In this document: positions 57,564-64,000 of the stretch, in pieces
Numbering within the stretch: position 1 is the first letter of the stretch
Layout: every line of letters begins with the position of its first letter
NCBI GenBank assembly: GCA_963819375.1
Contig: CAWFVU010000010.1
Span: 3,332-67,331, forward strand
Direction: 5' to 3'
DNA length: 64,000 nt
Source: an uncultured Pseudomonadota bacterium
GTDB lineage: Bacteria; Myxococcota_A; Polyangia; Fen-1088
Notes under the pieces: model-generated
What the model was told of the DNA's origin: nothing
The model's input: only the letters and a program-made list of their open reading frames with translations
Database searches by the model: none
Translations under genes and position numbers: made by a program

Positions 57564-58460
57564 ATGAACGACGAATCGACCGGCGATTCCGAGACCCTCT
57601 TGCGGGCCACCCCCAACCCGACCCAGGCCGGCGACTGGGCGCTGGTGCTGGCGGCGGCCGGGATCGCGTACCGACTCGACCAGCGCGAGGGACGCTTCGT
57701 GCTGGCGGTCGACGCCGCCGAGGCCTCGGCGGCCGAGACGGCCCTGGCTGGGTTCGACGCCGAAGGGCCGGTCAGGCCGGAGCCCCCGGCGCCCGACACC
57801 GGCGCGAGCGCGCTCGGGATTCTGTCGGCCATCGGGCTCTGCGCGATGTTCTGGGTCGCGGGGCCATGGGGACAATCCGGAGCTGGCTCGCGCTGGTTCG
57901 AGGCGGGGGCCGCCTCCGCCGAGCGGATCGCCTCCGGCCAGTGGTGGCGCGCGTTGACCGCGCTCACCCTGCACGCCGATCTGCTCCACCTGGCCGGGAA
58001 CGTCGTCGCCGCGCTGATCTTCGTCGCGGCGGTCGGACGCTGGCTGGGCGGCGGCCTCGGCGCGCTGGTGATTCTCGCCGCGGCCGGGGCCGCGAACCTC
58101 CTCACCGCGGCGGTGCACCGGACGTCGTTCGTCTCGGTCGGAGCCTCCACGGCGACCTTCGCGGCGCTGGGCCTCTGCGCGGGGCTTCAGGTCGTGCGGC
58201 GGCTGCGCGGCGGGGCGCGGCGCAAGTATGCCTGGGTGCCGCTCGGCGCGGGACTGGGGCTCTACGCGATGCTCGGCGTCGGCCCGGGCGCCGACACCTA
58301 CGCCCATCTCTTCGGGTTGGGGTTCGGTGCGGCGCTCGGCTCGGCCGCGGCGCTCGGCAATGTGCGGGCGCCGCGCACGACGGTGCAGTTGCTGCTGGGC
58401 GCGGCGGCCCTCGGCGCGATCGGCGCCTCCTGGGCCTTGGCCTTCCACGCGATTCGTTGA
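57564..58460 (+). CDS. Rhomboid intramembrane serine protease
   Basis: WRALT..LHADLLHLAGN, catalytic GAST and AHLFG. Confidence 0.9.
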   Translation: MNDESTGDSETLLRATPNPTQAGDWALVLAAAGIAYRLDQREGRFVLAVDAAEASAAETALAGFDAEGPVRPEPPAPDTGASALGILSAIGLCAMFWVAGPWGQSGAGSRWFEAGAASAERIASGQWWRALTALTLHADLLHLAGNVVAALIFVAAVGRWLGGGLGALVILAAAGAANLLTAAVHRTSFVSVGASTATFAALGLCAGLQVVRRLRGGARRKYAWVPLGAGLGLYAMLGVGPGADTYAHLFGLGFGAALGSAAALGNVRAPRTTVQLLLGAAALGAIGASWALAFHAIR

Positions 58461-59569
58461 GCGAGGGCTGTGTACGGGAGCTCGACGGTGAAGATGGAGC
58501 CGGCTCCGGGTGCGCTCTCGACGCCGACGGCGCCGCCGAACACGTTGACGATCTGCTTGACGATCCAGAGCCCGAGGCCGATCCCGCCGAAGTTTCCGCT
58601 GTTGGCGGCGCGCTCGAACCGGCCGAAGATCCGCTCGTGGTCGCGGGGGGCGATGCCGAGCCCCTGATCGCGGACGGTGAGCCGCGCGTGTCCCCCCTCC
58701 GCCCGGACGCTGACGTCGATCGGCTTGCCGTCCCCGTACTTGACCGCGTTCGAGATCAGGTTCGACACGATCTGCTCGAGCCGCTCGCGATCCCAGCAGC
58801 CGACGGCGCGCTCCCGCGCGTCGACGGTCAGCCTGCTGCCGAGGCGCGCGGCCTCGTCGATGAACCGCGCGCCGATCTCGCCCGCGACCTCGGACAGATC
58901 AACGGGACCGATCTGGAGCTCGAGCTGACCGGCCGCCAGGCTGGAGACGTCGAGCAGGTCGTCGATGAGACCGCGCAGGCGCGCCGTCTGCGCGTCGATC
59001 TTCTCGACCTTGGCGATGAGGCGCGCCCGCTCCGACCCGGCGTCGAGGCGCGCCAGGCGAAGCAGGTTCGAGACCTCCAGCTTGAGCGCCGTGAGCGGCG
59101 TGCGCAGCTCGTGGGAGGCGACCGAGAGGAAGTCATCGCGCAGATGAACCGCCTCCCGCAAGAGATCCTCGGCCCTCTTCTGGTCGTGGATGTCGGTCGC
59201 GGTGGCGATCCAGCCGAGCAGCGCGCCGCCGTCGTCACGCTCGGCGACGGCGCGAACCAGGTGCCAGCGAAAGAGCCCGTCGCTGGCGCGTTTGAGCCTC
59301 AGCGGTCGTTCGAAGGTCGGCTCCCCGCGCAGGCCACGCTCCCAGTGGACGCGCGCCTCTTCGCGATCGTCCACGTGGAGCATCTCCCAGAACGACCCGT
59401 CGGTCAGACTGGCCGCGTCCAGGCCCGAGTACTCCAGCCCGGCGCGGTTCCAGTAGTTGACCCGCCCCTCCGCGTCCGCCGCCCAGATGCACTGGGGAAT
59501 GGTATCGAGCAAGCGGCGGTCGCGGTCGCGGCTCGGTCGCATCGACCGACCCTCCAACCGGTTGGTCAC
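58298..59569 (-). CDS. PAS sensor histidine kinase (C-terminus overlaps the rhomboid gene)
   Basis: PAS (DTIPQCIW..YWN..HVDD), ASHELRTPLT, NLISNAVKY, DQGLG, GIGLGLWIV. Confidence 0.9.
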   Translation of the reverse strand: MTNRLEGRSMRPSRDRDRRLLDTIPQCIWAADAEGRVNYWNRAGLEYSGLDAASLTDGSFWEMLHVDDREEARVHWERGLRGEPTFERPLRLKRASDGLFRWHLVRAVAERDDGGALLGWIATATDIHDQKRAEDLLREAVHLRDDFLSVASHELRTPLTALKLEVSNLLRLARLDAGSERARLIAKVEKIDAQTARLRGLIDDLLDVSSLAAGQLELQIGPVDLSEVAGEIGARFIDEAARLGSRLTVDARERAVGCWDRERLEQIVSNLISNAVKYGDGKPIDVSVRAEGGHARLTVRDQGLGIAPRDHERIFGRFERAANSGNFGGIGLGLWIVKQIVNVFGGAVGVESAPGAGSIFTVELPYTALAQRIAWKAKAQEAPIAPRAAAPSSNCTVVRGARTLPSAAAEPSAAPNPNPKRWA

Positions 59570-59805
59570 TCCTCCGCGCGGGGCGCCATGGGCTGCGGCC
59601 GCGCGCTGAGCGCGTGCGCCACATGGCCCGCACGCTCTATGGCCAGCCGGTCAACGTCGGCGCGTCGGAAGAGGCGCCGTCCTCCGACGGTCCTCATCCC
59701 CGGCAGCCGACCGTTGTCGGACAGAACGCGGACGGAGTCCGCAGAAAGGCCGAGGACGCGCGCTGCGTCGCTCGGCGTGAGCAGGTCATTGGGATCGAGC
59801 AGCAT
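59566..59805 (-). CDS. Excisionase/MerR-like (HTH_17) DNA-binding protein
   Basis: LLTPSDAARVLGLSADSVRVLSDNGRLPGMRTVGGRRLFRRADV. GGAGG RBS; stop overlaps the kinase GTG. Confidence 0.85.
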   Translation of the reverse strand: MLLDPNDLLTPSDAARVLGLSADSVRVLSDNGRLPGMRTVGGRRLFRRADVDRLAIERAGHVAHALSARPQPMAPRAEE

Positions 59806-60104
59806 GGTGGTCACCTCCGGTTTCCTGGAAACAGCATTCGGGCAGCAAATATGGCAATTAAGCACCCCCCGGAGGGGCGCAAGAGGTTGGGGGGATAAAT
59901 AGGAGGTCCCCCCCATGCGCCGGCGGCTCGTTGCGGTATTTCCCTGAGCCTCGGTCGGCAGTTGGCCGACAGGCGGCTCTCGCCCCCTCCGTCGGCGCGA
60001 ACCCCTACACGACGGGTCAGGCGCTGGAAGGATTGTGGAACTTCGTGTTACAAAGGTAACTCAGCTTGAGCCTTTCCTTCTCCTCCCCCAGAGGCAAGCA
60101 CCGC

Positions 60105-61577
60105 ATGATCCCGTGGCCGCCCGCGTCTTCGTTGCTGCGCGGCCTCTGCGCGCTTCTCTTCGTTCTGTCGCTGTCGACCCGAGCCCACGCCGACTCGCAG
60201 GACGACACGATCGCGAAGATCACCCAGATGAACAAGGACGCCGTGGCGGCGCTCCAGGCCCAGAAGTTCGACGACGCCCGCAAGGTTCTCAAGCAGGCGC
60301 TCGACCTCGCGGACTCGACGGGGCTGCAGCAGCACCCCATCACGGCGCGCACCCACATTCACATGGGGATCGTGATCATCACGGGGTTCAAACAGCGCGA
60401 TCTCGGCATCAAGCAGTTCAAGAAGGCGCTGGAGATCCAGTCGACGATCAACCTCACGAAGGCGCTGGTCACCCCCGAGCTGACCGACGCCTTCAACGAG
60501 GCCAAAAGCGGCGCGGCTGCCGCCACCACCGCACCCCCCGCCACCCCGCCGCCGGCGAGCCCCGAGCCCCCCGAAGTGGCGCCCGAGCCAGCGACGCCTC
60601 CGGCCGCCACCCCCCCGCCCGAGCAAAACGAAGAGCCCTCCGGGATCGTTCACCAGGCGATCACCGACGGGAAGAAGGGGAGCGCGATCTCGGTCACGGT
60701 CGGTGTCCAGGCCGACCTGAAGTTCGACAAGATGGTCCTCGCCTACCGCCCGGAGGGTGCCACCGAGTTCCTGGGGCGCGAGATGAAAGAGGTTGCCGAG
60801 GGGCGTTACGGCGCCGAGATCCCGACCACCGCGACGCTGGGCGCGACGGTCGCCTACTACGTCGAGGCCGACGACGCGGACGGCAACGCGGTGGCGACCA
60901 AGGGGACGGTCGACAACCCGCTCGTGATCAACCTCGGCGGGGCCAAGGCCGTCGTGCACAAGGAAGGGGAGGGCGAAGAGGAAGAGGACGACGAGCCTGA
61001 CCACCAGTACTTCGTCGCCTTCATGCTCGGCAGCGGCTTCGGCTGGGCCTCGGGAACGGGCGACACCAACCACGATGTGAGCGTCGGGGCGCCGGGCCTC
61101 GCCCCCTCGACGCTGTTGCAGATCGCGCCCGAGTTCGGCTACTGGCTCACCTCGTCGCTGATGCTGTCGGTCCAGCTGCGCTATCAGATCATCACCGGGA
61201 CCGTCGACCCATACCTCAACGGGGTCGACTACAAGACCGCGAAGTACGCCTTCGCGGCGTTCGCCAAGGCGACCTGGAAGCTGGGAGACGACGAGGGGAG
61301 CTTCCACCCGTTCTTCTCACTGATGGGCGGCGGCGGCTACATCCGGCACGTGGTGACGCTGCACCCCACGCGCGCGCCCACCGGCTGCGGGCAGATGATG
61401 AACCAGTCCTGCGTCGACACCATCCAGGGGGGGCCGATCCTGGTCGGTCCCGGCGGTGGGATCTTCTACGATCTCACCGACAGCCTCTCGCTCGTGGGGC
61501 AAGCGAACGCAGTCCTCGGCTTCTGGGACTTCACCTTCAACCTCGACATCAACGTCGGCATCGCCTACGGGTTTTAG
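60105..61577 (+). CDS. Secreted TPR-like, Ig-like and C-terminal outer-membrane beta-barrel protein
   Basis: Signal ending AHA, helical TPR-like segment, Pro-rich linker, beta domain, amphipathic strands ending GIAYGF. Confidence 0.7.
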   Translation: MIPWPPASSLLRGLCALLFVLSLSTRAHADSQDDTIAKITQMNKDAVAALQAQKFDDARKVLKQALDLADSTGLQQHPITARTHIHMGIVIITGFKQRDLGIKQFKKALEIQSTINLTKALVTPELTDAFNEAKSGAAAATTAPPATPPPASPEPPEVAPEPATPPAATPPPEQNEEPSGIVHQAITDGKKGSAISVTVGVQADLKFDKMVLAYRPEGATEFLGREMKEVAEGRYGAEIPTTATLGATVAYYVEADDADGNAVATKGTVDNPLVINLGGAKAVVHKEGEGEEEEDDEPDHQYFVAFMLGSGFGWASGTGDTNHDVSVGAPGLAPSTLLQIAPEFGYWLTSSLMLSVQLRYQIITGTVDPYLNGVDYKTAKYAFAAFAKATWKLGDDEGSFHPFFSLMGGGGYIRHVVTLHPTRAPTGCGQMMNQSCVDTIQGGPILVGPGGGIFYDLTDSLSLVGQANAVLGFWDFTFNLDINVGIAYGF

Positions 61578-61590
61578 GGCAGAGCCTGAT

Positions 61591-64000
<2,410 letters not shown>

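Noticed and set aside
59566-59805. Prophage or integrative element implied by the excisionase-like HTH
   Set aside because: No integrase, att repeats, tRNA or phage genes nearby.
59845-59872. Sigma54 promoter (GG-N10-GC on the minus strand)
   Set aside because: Spacing fits, but the TGGCAC -24 context is missing. Too weak to call.

Overview
A very GC-rich, gene-dense chromosomal window that looks like Myxococcota. The evidence is the rpoE1-like ECF sigma/anti-sigma/frzS arrangement, a TSP3-OmpA protein, CotH lipoproteins and Gly-rich lipoproteins. Many single-base indels split otherwise intact genes, including secA and tsaB, which points to long-read assembly error rather than pseudogenes. 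In order, the window holds: the 3' end of secA; ECF sigma/anti-sigma/frzS; a phospholipid cluster; a vapBC-type TA pair; a GH12-like lipoprotein; hflX-rseP-tsaB; two-component genes; lysR-leuCD; an Omp85-DUF4390-histidine kinase operon; recQ; an ABC-2 exporter; fabV; an OmpA/TSP3 protein; a cytochrome c; an RGG-rich protein; a PHP hydrolase; two divergent CotH kinases with a Gly-rich surface protein; an XPB-DUF790 (Bax1-like) pair; a rhomboid protease; and treS-mak. The strongest candidate for an undescribed system is 7077-18743. There, a PlsA/PlsR-like (anaerobic plasmalogen/ether-lipid) reductase pair sits with two CDP-alcohol phosphotransferases, a PLD, a TetR, three phased operator-like sites (two palindromic, one degenerate) and a cysteine-free glutaredoxin fold. 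No rRNA, tRNA, CRISPR array or transposase was recognised. All family calls come from reading motifs by eye; no database search was run.
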